A stretch of 63,705 bases of DNA, counting the filler, from Choristocarpus tenellus KU-1152 (Eukaryota; Protista; Phaeophyceae): NCBI GenBank assembly GCA_964200185.2. It is 11 parts of 11 records of this genome, joined end to end, with 100 filler letters (N's around TTAATTAATTAA, not from the genome) between each part and the next. Parts side by side here need not be neighbours in the genome. Positions count along the whole stretch, not along the records: positions 11,810 to 19,263 come from CAXNAD020006133.1; positions 19,364 to 22,324 come from CAXNAD020023342.1; positions 22,425 to 29,037 come from CAXNAD020007748.1; 8 more parts are not named here. One strand, written 5' to 3'. Within the stretch, counting starts at the first letter, position 1. Each line of letters begins with the position of its first letter. The notes beneath the pieces were generated by a model that was not told where the DNA came from, made no database searches, and was given only the letters and a program-made list of their open reading frames with translations. A program made the position numbers and the translations under genes. Of this stretch, positions 12,969-25,017 are shown piece after piece.

Positions 12969-14200
12969 ATTCCCCCATGAGAGTGGAAGTAAAAAAAAAA
13001 GAAGGTTCAACTCTCACACACATCACTTTTATCCTGTCAATGCAGCAAAAGAACGCAGATTGCTTTATCTCTAACACACGACATTCATCTAGTCAACACA
13101 GTGTCTACAAAGTCTTTTACCTGCTTCTTATGTAACCTTTTGGCCAAGATGTCTGCAAGTTGGAGTGCCGTGGGAATATATTTTACTGTCAAATATCCTT
13201 TGCTAACATACTCCCTGGTGCATTTTAGATTGATGTCGACATGCCTTGTCCGTCCATTGAAACCTTTGGTTATCGCTGCTTGAATTGTACCTCGATTTTC
13301 TCCATACCAAGTCGTGACCCCTTGGCGTATGCCCAGCTCCGCCAGGATGCCTCTGAGGAATAATTTGCATGCCTCATTCCATGTACCATCGCTGTCCATT
13401 TCGCTTCTGATGAAGATGTGGTTACAGCTCCTTGCATCTTGGACTTCCATGCAATTGGTACTTCATTCAATAGGATTAGGTATCCTGTCATGCTTCGTCT
13501 TGAAACAGTGTCATTGCCCCAGTCTGAGTCTCCATACCCGACCAGGCCCCCATTGTCCATTTAAACCACCAACAGGATAGTGTATCCCTACTTTCATGGT
13601 GCCCTCTAGGTATCGTAGAACATGTTGCAGCCCTTTGCTGACAACCTTCCAATGTTTTTCTTTTCTGGCTCCAACCCTGGTCCAGCTAATTCCTCCGCCT
13701 GTTTAGATGGTGTTACTCTCCTCTGGCAACAAACGATCTGAAGGCATCCTTTACCTCCACAGCTGTAGCATATTCCTTTGAAAGAACAAGGAACAATATG
13801 CTTGATCAGTCCACAGTTTAAACATCTTCTGTTGGTCCTGATCTCGTCTCTGGTAGGGGATCCTGTTGTAATATGATCCGTACGGTGACCAATTGTACCT
13901 TGGCCGCCTCCTCCGCTGACCTTCTGTGTTCTCTTCCATGAGTTTATGGTCCCAGCGGCTAGAGTGCTCCCAGGCTCCCCGCGGTTAGCTCCTCCTTTCG
14001 CTTCTGGTGGAGGCTTAGTTACTGCTCCTGCTAATATCCTGCTCCCCTAGTGGCAGGTACAGCAATTGCTTTTCTCATTCTGTAAGCAAGAATCTTGTCA
14101 CAGGGCCCCAGTGCTCAATATTCGGCATGGCATACCAGGTACCCAAAGCATCCCCCTTGATCTCCAGTTCTTGCTCGTTGTCGATCGTACCATATCCCAT
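12969..14200 (-). mobile_element. Internally deleted Ty1/copia element (gag zinc knuckles joined to RT C-terminus/RNase H)
   Basis: CLNCGLIKH…CYSCGGKG near 13740-13830, followed directly by HWK…VLRYL, GYGDSDWGND..SRRSMTGY, IAWKSKMQ, RTRHVDI, QLADILAK (13085-13660; frameshifted). Polypurine tract GGGGGAA followed by TG at 12976-12968. Confidence 0.88.
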
Positions 14201-15376
14201 GTCTCCTTAGCCTCCAGCTTCCCATTTTTGTCGAAGGTGTAGGTCTACTTTGTTGGTATGATGATGATGATGAGACTATTGCCCGTTTCAGCTTTCTGTA
14301 GCTTATATCGGGTCTTGTGATGAGCTGCACAGGGATCTCGTGCTCCGCGCGTCCTCCGTTGAGCTGCACGGGAATCTTGTCCTCCACGCTTCGTTCATTG
14401 ATTCCTCTTTCGTAGTTCCAGTGCGATGTTCGTTCCTGTTCCGTTAGTGTCTCTGTGAGTTCAGGACGACGTATTTTCGCCACAGAATGTCTTATAGACC
14501 CTTTCGCTGGCATAAACCACCAGAGATAATCTCCATGTTGTCCAAGTCTCCACTTGTCGTGCTGGTGCTCCAGTCCAGTCAGGCAACTTCTTCATGTCGT
14601 TGAGGCCCATCACCCGCTCCTTTTCTCCATTCTACTAAGGCTCATAACCTGTGCAATTTACCTTGGGACGTAATGCTATTTATCAGTAGTGAAGATAAGA
14701 AGGTGTGAAGCTTCACACGATCCCCTTTGCTGAACGTGAAAGAATGGATGGAATTAGAAGAGTGACCTTTGTGGGGTGTCCTCTATTGCTTGTTTATTGT
14801 TATTTGACTCATACGCAAGTCAACGGTTATGTCAAAGTAGTTGAATGCAGAATAATAACCCATAAATATTCCCATTTTTGTCGAAGGTGCAGGTCCACTT
14901 TGTTGGTATGATGATGATGAGACTATTGCCCGTTTCAGCTTCCTGTAGCTTATATCGGGTCTTGTTATGAGCTGCACGGGGATCTAGTCCTCCACGCGTC
15001 CTCCGTTGAGCTGCACGGGAATCTTGTCCTCCTTTTTGCACAGGTAAGAATGGACATGAGAAGTGACGTTGTCAAGCCGCATATGCACCAATTGTGGTGG
15101 ACGTGTACATGATCTACAACATGTACTTCAGTGTTCATGACTACGGTGGGGTCTAGGAAAGAAAAGAACGAGACCAAGGTGAAAACTTCGCACATTACTG
15201 TGGAAAGTACGGGCAGCAGTGACTACAATGAGCGCTAAGCCCTATTGGCCGGCACTGATGACTCTCTGAGCAGCAATGCTCCAGGCAAGTGTGGGGTAAA
15301 CGAATGTTTGTTCTGAAGTGTTGGTGTTGGCCGCGAGAGAGAAGAGTGGGTTTTGACGGTGCGGCTTCATGTCACA

Positions 15377-15671
15377 TGACAAACATGGTGAAGTACATGA
15401 CTAACTACAAGCCTTGTGTAGGAGATCGAAGGGTAGTCATAGCCAGTCAAAATTCCTTTCGCACCGCTGGCAACCATCTTGTTTCCTCAACGATCTGGGA
15501 CATGCGCGACATTCTAGAGGAGTATCTCTAGTTCCTTGTTCTCGCGTGAGGGAAACAAGATGGTTAGATCACCATGGCCACCGATGCGAAAGGAATTCTG
15601 ACTGGCAGTGACTATCCTTCGATCTCCTACACAAGGCTTGTAGTTAGTCATGTGTTTCACCATGTTTGTCA
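15377..15671. repeat. Long imperfect inverted repeat (fold-back) in copia protease region
   Basis: 15377-~15491 (TGACAAACATGGTGAAGTACATGACTAACTACAAGCCTTGTGTAGGAGATCGAAGG…) is the reverse complement of ~15547-15671, with scattered mismatches. Confidence 0.92.
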
Positions 15672-17810
15672 AAGCATATTGCCACGACCGGGTCGGAATG
15701 CTGAAGTTGCTTTGAAGGCCACCATAGTCTCCTTACTGCACCTCACACACCCCACACCGATGTCAATATTAACCTCTTTTATCACTCTTATGGCCACTTA
15801 CACGAGGCATTGCTCAAGTCCACCGCCACTTCTATGGGCATTACATTGGTGGGTGAGCTGGAGCCATGTGCGGGCTGCTCTATGAGCAAGGGCATACGGA
15901 AGGACGTCCGGTCCAGCACGTCTACAAGGGCGGTAAGAAAGCTGGGTCAGGTTTTTGTCGATCTAAGTGGGAAGAGGGCTGCTACCCTTTCAATCGGTGG
16001 TAAACAATACACCATGATAATCCAGGACGACTATTCTCGTTTTGTTTGGTTGTATTTCCTCCGTGCTGAGTCGGATGCCGTCGAAACCTTTAAGAAGAAG
16101 TACCTGGCCGATACCCAGGCTGATGGTACTCCCTCTCGGGTCATGTGCATGCGGTCTGATAATGGGGTGGAGTTTATGAGGATGCATTTGGTGCTCTTTG
16201 TCGTGATCGCGGGATAACACAGGAGTTTACACCTGCAGACAGCCCTCAATTCAATGGGGTGCTGAACGCAAGTTGGGTATTGTTTATGAAGCTTCATTAG
16301 CTGCCCACCTTCAAGCTACACTACTTTTCCCCCATGACACTATCCCCAAGACAGACTCTCTTTGGGCTGAACCTCAACACTATGTTTGTGACTCGCTCAA
16401 TCGCACATCGACCATGGCTAACTCTGGTTGTAAATCACGGTATGAAATGTGGTATGGCATCCCTGCACCCCTGTTGACCTACCAATTTCTTCAACCTGGT
16501 TTTTGCCGTCTTAGTAAAACCCGTAAGACTTTCCAAAAAGCTCGATAGTTTTTTTACCTGGGACCAGGGATCAATCACCCCCGTGATGCGTACCGTGTTA
16601 CTACTTCGATCGGTGCCATAGTTACTACACATAACCTGACCTGGCTGTCTTCTTAGGACCCCAGTCTTGTCCCAGTGGGAGAGGTTGCCCCTTCTATGCG
16701 AAAGGGGGGAGGGGATGTTGATGCAGACCCTCGTTCTGAGGACAAGTTTTCCCCTCCCAAAGTAGGTGACTCACCATTAGATGTACAATCTATTTGTTCA
16801 TCTCGCTCCTCCACTTCATCCCTCTCTGACGACTCTTCCTGTAGTGACGAAAGTGAGGACAGGTTTGTTCTAAGTGAGAGGCCGTCCTTTGGTAACAAAG
16901 GAGACGATTTGGCTCATGATCCTACCCCTGGTGAAGGGAGTGTAGGTCAGATTGCCATGGATCTGGCTATTGACCCTTCCCCTGGTGATGGGGAGGGAGG
17001 TCAGGTTGACATGAGTCTGTCCAGAGACACTATCCGAGATGGTGAAGGGAGTGTAGGATAAGTCTCATCCTTGAGTTCACAGCACTTGGCTCAGGCAAGT
17101 GCTGACCCAATGGATGCCCGTGCTGCAGCTCGCCAGCTGGAAAACTTTCTTCCTAATCCAGTCCGTGAACCTTGCGTTGAGTTGGGTAGGACTAGACAGG
17201 AAACTCGTACCAGAGCTGAAGGGAGTGTGGTGTTGGTGTTGTGATGTCTCTTATTGCTAGTGTAGAGAGGCAACACGTTGCTTATGTCTTGGCTGTACAG
17301 CCCACCTCTGAGTCAGTGTTGATGAGTATCCCCCTGCATCGTCGTCTTATTTCTGAGTTGGGACTAGCCCCTCAATCTTATTCTTGCCATTCATGTTGAT
17401 GATATGATGGTTTTGGCACTTTCACAAGAGATTGTAAGCATGGTACCCTCTCCGTTACCCAGACTAACTACATTGACAACTTGTGTGAACGTTTTTCCAT
17501 CCAATCAACCACCCCCATCCCTGCAGCCCCATCCAGAAAACTTGGAATTAGGGAGGGGGACAATATCGCAAAGGATCATCCCTTCCAAGAGGCGATTGGA
17601 GGGTTGATGTGGGTCAGCAACATGACCAGGCCAGATGTGGTTAATGCAGTAAGAGCTGTTGCCTGTTATTCGCATGCTCCGAGCCAAGTACTTTTGAGAG
17701 CTGTGACCCAGATCCTCAATTACCTCAAAGGGACGCGAGAGTTGAGCCTAACCTACCGTAAAGGCACAGGATTGGATTTGATGACCTACGCTGATGTGGA
17801 TTTTGCCAAT

Positions 17811-18056
17811 GAGCCAAATTATCTTAGAGGGTAGGGCCGCGTCCATTTGGGGGTCAAAATCCAATGTTGCGATTTTGATGTAATTTTGTCTATCGTGTTT
17901 GTTAGGAAGTGTCAATATTTATGTTTCATAACGTATACACTTTACCTACTCCTAAACATTTTGGAGTAGTAAAATGTCATCAAAAAAGACCATGGGAAGC
18001 CATGGCCCAAATGGATAAACAGGGCAAAACTCGTACCCTCTAAGGTACTTTCACTC
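17811..18056 (+). mobile_element. MITE family A, full copy
   Basis: TIRs GAGCCAAATTATCTTAGAGGGTA … TACCCTCTAAGGTACTTTCACTC; flanking duplication AAT. Confidence 0.93.
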
Positions 18057-18075
18057 AATGAGACTTTCGACAGAC

Positions 18076-18333
18076 GAGTGAAAGAATCTTAGAGGGTACG
18101 AGTTTTGCCCTGTTTGTCCATTTGGGGCTTGGCTCCCCATGGGTTTTTTGATGACATTTTCCTACTCCAAAGTGTTTCGAGTAGGTAAAATGTGTACGTT
18201 ATGAAAAGGTGTGTCCGAAACAAGGACATTGACACTTCCTAACAAACACGATAGCAAATTTTTCATCAAAATTGCAACAATGGATTTTGACCTCCAAATG
18301 GACGCCGTCCTACCCTCTAAGATACTTTGGCAC
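18076..18333 (-). mobile_element. MITE family A, full copy, opposite orientation
   Basis: GAGTGAAAGAATCTTAGAGGGTA … TACCCTCTAAGATACTTTGGCAC; 4-bp TSD AGAC. Confidence 0.93.
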
Positions 18334-18872
18334 AGACGTTCTGTATCGGGAGGGGCAGTGATATGTGGGGGAGCAGCAATTGCTTGGCTTTCTTGGACCC
18401 AACGTGTCATAGTACAGTCGACCACAGATGCAGAATACGTAGCCATGGGGGACTGTGTGAAGGAGTTGTTTTTTCAAGGTGTGTTGGAGTTCTTGCAACC
18501 TGATAGGACTGGGTCGTGTTATGTAGTGTATGAGCATAACACGGGAGCCTTCCATTTGGCTAACAACCCTTTGATTTCTGGCAGGACTAAGCACATAGAT
18601 GTGCGACAACATTTCGTAAGGGACTTGGTAGCCAATGGACAAATAAGAATTGTTAATGTTGCCTCAGATGAGCAGCATGCAGATGTGTTGACCAAGCCTT
18701 TAGCAGAAGAATCTTTTTTGAGGCATGCAGGGACTTTGCTAAATTAGCCCATGTTTAGTGGTTTGCTGCTGAGTTTGAATTTCTTTGTGTTTGTTTGGAT
18801 TTCTTTTTCCAGTGAGTTCAATAGCTAGTTGTTTTCTTGCCAGTTCTCAAGAGTTGTTTGAGCTAGGGTGGG

Positions 18873-19138
18873 TGTTCAATTAGACTTTTCCAGCTCTATC
18901 GGACAGTTGTGGTAAACTGTATATGGGATTGGAGAACAATGATTAGTGATGAAGTTATCATAACCTTTTATTAGTGATTAGCTATATGAGAACATTTCTC
19001 ATATAAAAGGAAATATTTCTGATTTTGTGGGGTGCTGCATACCCCACTTAGCTTTAATCAATCACTCTACAGACATCAAGCAATCTCCCTGGGTTTATCA
19101 CCTTAATTCTTTTGGATGATTTGGGCGATACTTTAACA
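18873..19138 (+). mobile_element. Probable 3' LTR of the copia element
   Basis: Follows the RNase H stop and purine-rich AGGGTGGG; TGTT…AACA termini. No partner LTR in the contig, so the right boundary is uncertain. Confidence 0.5.
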
Positions 19139-19242
19139 TGGTCCAGATTGGTCGCTCAATGGAAGACACTGTATTGTTAACATGAAGGTCTTGTGATGGT
19201 TGCATGGTGGTGCATCGTCACAGAAGACTGCGATTGAAGTCA

Positions 19243-19263
19243 GGGTCAAAGTATCTGGGGGGG
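19243..19263. mobile_element. MITE family B terminus at contig end
   Basis: GGGTCAAAGTATCTGGGGGGG then gap. Similar truncated copies at 22272-22324, 42364-42406, 45826-45889, 60686-60701. Confidence 0.8.
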
Positions 19264-19363
19264 NNNNNNNNNNNNNNNNNNNNNNNNNNNNNNNNNNNNN
19301 NNNNNNNTTAATTAATTAANNNNNNNNNNNNNNNNNNNNNNNNNNNNNNNNNNNNNNNNNNNN

Positions 19364-19430
19364 CATGGGAAGCCAAGCCCCACAAATGGACAAACAGGGA
19401 AAAATTCGTACCCTCTAAGATACTTTCACT
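19364..19430 (+). mobile_element. MITE family A right end at contig start
   Basis: CATGGGAAGCCAAGCCC…TCGTACCCTCTAAGATACTTTCACTC. Confidence 0.88.
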
Positions 19431-21262
19431 CGATTCGATCATGCTGCTGCGTGCTCGCACTTTCTCATCACCTAACATCACACGGATTTTTTCCGGCCTC
19501 TCTCGACAGAGAAGGTGCGGAGGGTAGTTCCAGAGGGCAGAGTGGCCTCGATGGCTCACCTTGTGTCACGTCGTAGCTCACGTTGTTGTAAGTCACGTGT
19601 GTGCTCAAAAAATGTCTGCAAAAGGCGTTAGAAAGATGTCCTGAAATCTTGAAACTTTTTTTCGGGAACATCGCAGCAGGCCAACTTGGACAGGGACCTC
19701 TACCCCGGACCAGTTTTCTGTAAGGAGTTCAGCCAAAAACTTCATTTTTGTTGATTTTATAGTCGTGACCTTCAAAAATGAGTCGGAGATATTCCCTCCC
19801 GTTTTTTCTATTCTGTGATCGGGACATAGCTCCAATTCCCCCAAGTTTCAACAAAATCCAGTACAAGCTTCAAAGCTCTTGTCATGCCCTTTCAGTTGAT
19901 GTACATATTGTTGTATATCTGATGTGATGTTCTCGTGAACATATTCAAGACTGCCGAAGAGGGCGAAGCTACTGGTAGCACCTTACACAAAAAATGTACA
20001 TGGGGTAATAGCTAGGCAATCAGAATGATAAGGAATTCTAGACAATGGGGTGTTAACAGATCAAATGATTCAAATCCTTACTGAATACCCAGCATGTTAG
20101 AGCTAAGGGTTATGAACGTTGTCCTTAGAAAGAATTATCCAGAAGCATTGTGTTACACAGCAAATGGTATAGAGAAAAATGATCCAAACCTTGTATTGGA
20201 TACTGCATGTTGCAGATCAAATATTTTCTGAACATAGAGTAAGGCTAATATAGAGCAATACGGTACTGTCCGAGGTATAAAATACATACAATATGAATCA
20301 ATCGCATGAAACATGCCTTCGACGTATAACAAATCCCCAGTAAACTACTACGTAGCACTCTATTTCTACTTGTTTTTAAGTCCATCAGAACATCAATACA
20401 ATTTTGCACTGAAGATATGATCGGTACCATAGAAGCCAAACCAACTGTGAGGTAGTTAGGTTGGATCCTTTCGCATTCTAGGCCATCTTACGTACCCTGT
20501 GCAATTTACTCTATTTCATTGCTTCAGGAAAAAAATGCATGCGCAAAACTGATATTTCCTCTTTCCACATTACGAAGTGACCCCACAACTAAGCAAACGC
20601 TCTTTCTGTAATTGAACAAAGGTGTTTTTCTGCTTTCTTGAATATCAAAATTCAACCCTGTCTATCTCAATTGATTTGGCTCTTATCATGAAGCAATAAA
20701 CTCTCACCCATAAAACTAGATAAAAAGTAGTAGTAGGAACTAAAAACCCTATTGACCGAAAAATCCAACTGAATAGTGGGTTCTGTCACCATGGGGTTGG
20801 GTAATCTCTTTATCACAAACAGAGCAAGTGATTGAGAATTATTTACGACCTAGTATCATGGTCGAAGTCCTCGCACCGTTTTCTCCTTGTGGAATGTTCG
20901 TTGGGTCTTAGTTCTGCGCAATGAGGGGGATACTGTCAGGTGCTCTTATCATAAATCTCGCATTGTTCAGAAAGATCATCAAATAATTTTACTCCATTCA
21001 TATGGTTCGTCATTGGGGGATGCGATCCTGCTTTAATGAATGTGTTACCCTGCAACTGTTGTGCACAAACTAAGTACTTCGAATGTACATTGCACATCTA
21101 ACTTGAAATAGAGACCCTAAGAAACAAATAGCTAAGTCTTGTGGACTTTCATACTACCGCAGAAAAAATGTAGAACTTATAATACACTTTTCTCTAAACA
21201 TTCTGTTATGCTTCCTATTGTGGAAGCAATAATACTCTGCTCATATTGGGACAAAACGCAAA

Positions 21263-21400
21263 AAGCCAAAGTATCTTAGAGAGTAGAGCTGCGTCCATTT
21301 AGGAGCCAAAATCCAATGTTGCAATTTTGATGTAATTTTGGCTGTCATGTTTGTTAGGAGGTGTCAATATCCTTGTTCTGGATGCACATTTTCATAACGT
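21263..21400 (+). mobile_element. MITE family A, truncated left half
   Basis: AAGCCAAAGTATCTTAGAGAGTAG…GTCCATTTAGGAGCCAAAATCCAATGTTGC…TTTCATAACG; right half absent. Confidence 0.88.
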
Positions 21401-21428
21401 GTTAGAGTATGTAATAGTCATGTCAAAC

Positions 21429-21904
21429 CTGGAGGTAGAAATAATGAAACGAGAAGCTGTCGGTTACAAAGCCACTAGCATACACCTTCCCTGCCTCTGC
21501 CCCGTACGTTGCTGTGTCAGTAGACTTCATCTTCCACTCATCAACAAACTTCTCCCAGTCCTCGTACAATTTGATACCTGTGGGGAGAGAGATGTGAAAT
21601 TGCACATGGAATTACAATATTGTGCAGGTGTGTTGTCAGATCATCCATGCATGTAAGTATCAATGCACTATTATTACTGACTGCAATGTTTATGACTTCA
21701 TGTTGAGCAGCAAATAGGACTTGCATGTACAGAGCAGTTCCTACCCACATGCATTCCCTTTACCACTTTACATCGTCAATTCATGTGAAGTATCCACTTA
21801 CCACCATTGAATTCATACTCGTTGGAAAGGATCAATAGCGCCCTGACCGAAATATATCTCAGCATTGTGTTGATACCTGTTTCGGTTGTGTCGACATTCT
21901 CGCT
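21429..21904 (-). CDS. Two internal exons of an unidentified gene (possibly Patched/Dispatched-family luminal loop)
   Basis: Phase-consistent exons 21904-21802 and 21577-21429 with good AG/GT sites: …LRYISVRALL…GIKLYEDWEKFVDEW…GFVTDSFSFHYFYLQ. The family call is a weak by-eye resemblance. Confidence 0.5.
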
Positions 21905-22450
21905 CTGAAAAGAGGACAAATAAATCGCATAGCACATTCCACATTTGGGGGAGAAAGTGGAATTTCAGAGCTCTCTTATCACACATACCCATGCAACTTT
22001 GTATGGGACCAGGATGAACGTGCTGGTGCCAAAAATTCGGAATCAACTAATCTATCGTATCAAATGCCAAACGTTTCAGGTGTTCTCCACCAAGTATCCT
22101 ACACTGAAGTATGATTTGGAGCACAGGTCAACTTGATATTACACTCAACCAAAATATGTTACATTTGCTACACCCACACTCCAGCAGTCATGTCAGGAAC
22201 AAAGCACAGAAGATGAGCATCTCAAAACAAGAAATATTGCATCCAAAAAGGGCCTGCTGGTAACAAGTTACGACCCAAAGTATCTGGGGGGGTGGGGGGG
22301 GGCTACACGAGGGTGTCCATTTGGNNNNNNNNNNNNNNNNNNNNNNNNNNNNNNNNNNNNNNNNNNNNTTAATTAATTAANNNNNNNNNNNNNNNNNNNN
22401 NNNNNNNNNNNNNNNNNNNNNNNNGGGGTGAGATGGGTTGGGGTGTGAGG

Positions 22451-23603
22451 TTAGGGGGTGCTCTGATCAGTGGAGTGGGGTGGGTGGGGTGGGTGGGGTG
22501 TGAGTTTTGGCCCAGGATATTGTGTGGTGAAAAGAGGTGGATCTGCGATGCAGAGGCATAAATTCAGATGGGTTATGAGCCCACCAGGTGGGTGTCTTTG
22601 GCTGGTTAGGGTGGTGTAGGTGTGATTGAAAAGCGTGGGAATGGGTAGGTGTGTTCCACAGTAGGAGCATGTGAGAGGGTGGATGGCATCTTCGCAGAGG
22701 CTAACCATGCAGTTGAGGTGGAGCGAGCACCCACAAGGGAGGGTGCCTTGGTGGTCTGGGGGGAGAGGCTCTAGACAGCTAGGGCAGGGAGGAGAAGAAG
22801 GGGGAAGGGCTGGGGGGTGGGGGCGTGGGATGGAGAGCAGGCGGAATGATGGGATGCCAAAAGGGGTGGATTCCAGCACGGATTCAGTTCCCTCACTCCT
22901 CTCCATGGCAGCATAGTAGTGTTCTGGGCTGGCAGGGGTGCTGCAGGTGGGCACGGGATGGGATGCAGGAGCCTGGCACGGAGGTATAGAGTTGAGGCAC
23001 AGCCCAGATCAAGTGAGTGCGTACAGGAGAAAAGGAGTACTGGCTGTTGTATCTCGGAACAACAGATCGCAGAGTGTTCTGGTGTGAGCTGACGTGGTTG
23101 TTGGGGTGGTGGTGGGTTGGGGTCCCCGGTGGGGGAGGCTGGTCGTCGTCAAATTCCAGTAATACCCCTTATCACCACCTCTCCTTCCTTTTCCTCATCG
23201 TAGCCATGTAGGGGTGATCCCCTCTCCCTGCGACCATCATTGTGTGCCACTACCGCCTCTCTAGCCCCATCTCCCTGTTTGCTCGTTCGGTTTACTGTCC
23301 GGGCTTCACTATCCTGCAAAGACGAGACCTGTCCGCCTATTCCCGAAGAGGAATGTTATATTCTGCTTATGTTCCTCCCTCGCCCGTGCCTATCTTGTGG
23401 GCCGCCATCCCCATCCTTGATCACCTCCTCCTCGTCCACATGTGAGCCCATTCCGTTCTCCATCCGTCCTCCATCCTGCAAAATCGAAACCTGTGCGTCT
23501 ATTCCCGGAACTGGGTTAAACCCTCCACTTATACTAGTTCTTGCCCCTGCCAGCCTCGTGTACCATTGTCGCCTTCCTCCATCACCTCCACAACCCCATC
23601 CCT
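22451..23603 (-). pseudogene. Decayed intronless ORF with two tandem RING-finger-like motifs (probably retroelement-derived)
   Basis: AICCSEIQQPVLLFSCTHSLDLGC…PCP(frameshift)TC, then CPSCLEPLPPDHQGTLPCGCSLHLNC…LTCSYC; in-frame stops upstream. Confidence 0.55.
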
Positions 23604-23645
23604 CCCTAAACCCTAAACCCTAACCCTACCCTAACCCTAACCCTA
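23604..23645. repeat. Interstitial telomere-like tract
   Basis: CCCTAAA CCCTAAA CCCTAA CCCTA CCCTAA CCCTAA CCCTA. Confidence 0.92.
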
Positions 23646-23714
23646 GTATATATTATCAGGAAGGAATTGTAAGATGTAAGTCAATATACCCATATGCAAA
23701 ATGTCAGAGCCATA

Positions 23715-23982
23715 GAGTGAAAGTATCTTAGAGGGTACGATTTTTGCCCTGTTTGTCCGTTTAGGGCTTTGCTTCCCACGTTTTTTTTAAAGACATTTTC
23801 CTACTCCGAAATATTTTTGAGTAGGTGAAATATTTATGTTATGAAAAGGTGTGTATGGAACAAGGATATTGACACTTCCTAACATACACAAAAGCCAAAA
23901 TTTAATGAAAATCGCAACATTGGATTTTGCCCCAAACAGACAACAAACAGACGCGACTCTAACCTCTAAGATACTTTGACTC
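23715..23982 (-). mobile_element. MITE family A, full copy
   Basis: GAGTGAAAGTATCTTAGAGG … CCTCTAAGATACTTTGACTC; flanking duplication ATA. Confidence 0.93.
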
Positions 23983-25017
23983 ATAATAATATATTATGCA
24001 CTCAGAGTATTGTACATTGTGCGCGCACAAAAACTGAAAATATTATATTCTATATATTCTCACACAGGATCATTCAAAGTGGAGGGTTAATGCCTGGCAT
24101 GAATACAAGGTTGATGTATATTCTAGTAACTTATAATACGACTAATGTTAATGACAGGTGCCCTTTTGGGGGGATCTTCTAACACCGATGAGGATAATAA
24201 CCCATGCAGTCATATCCATTTGTTCACATCATATTTTGCTATTGAGGTCAGCCCAGGTAATGTGGTGTCGGTCAGACGCACAGCCAGCTCACGTTAACCC
24301 CCACATGAATGATGAATTCAAAATAGCAAAGCCCAAGATTATGTTTTCTGTTCTGACTGGTCTCAACTAATCACAGTGGAGATTGATCCACAGAGGCATC
24401 AACATACGCCTGCCATGCCTGAGTCTCGTCTCTTCCTATATAAACCTCAACTCTGCTGGTTCTCATCACCCACCATCACACAGAACCAGGCCTCATAACA
24501 CTAATATTATTAGATATTATATCAACTATCATTTTGGAGGTTGTGTATTATTATATTATTGTGCCCTCTCACATTTTGCAAATGTCTCAGGGAAAAAGTC
24601 AAAACCAGTATCACAAGGACCCCTGTGAAGTAACAGTTGTCGTAAATGTGGAAGATGTAGTGTATGATGTTACTGGAGAAAGAAGAAGCTTGATATGAGA
24701 ACACAACACAACATCAATGTGTGGAGTTCTACTTCTACACATTACTAGTACTATATTGATGAAATAGTTGTATAATATGAAGAAGGGGAGGAGGCACTAT
24801 TTTTTCTTTTCTAGTTGGCGGTTTCAAGGAAAAACGGTAAACAGTATTTTTTGTTTAAATAGAGGAGAGGATTATCTAAAGAAGTTAGTGGGGATTATGA
24901 TACTCCATGAACCTACGACAAAAAAATAACAAATAGAGGAAACAAGTGAGAAATCATGAAGGGGATACACCTTCACCACAAAATAATTATTCGACCCTTT
25001 TTCTGGGTGTTGGGAAA

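Larger units (their letters stand above)
15330..18747 (+). mobile_element. Decayed Ty1/copia pol (protease-integrase-RT-RNase H) interrupted by two MITEs
   Basis: FDGAASCHMT (protease); CAGCSMSKG, VFVDLSG, DDYSRFVW, RSDNGVEF (integrase); TRPDVVNAV, YADVDFAN (RT); RRSVSGG, STTDAEYVA, RTKHIDVR, QHADVLTK (RNase H). Copia domain order, with many frameshifts and deletions. Confidence 0.95.

Noticed and set aside
18211-18333. N-terminus of the 178-aa ORF as part of RNase H
   Set aside because: It is read-through from MITE sequence; the real frame resumes at the 18334 TSD.
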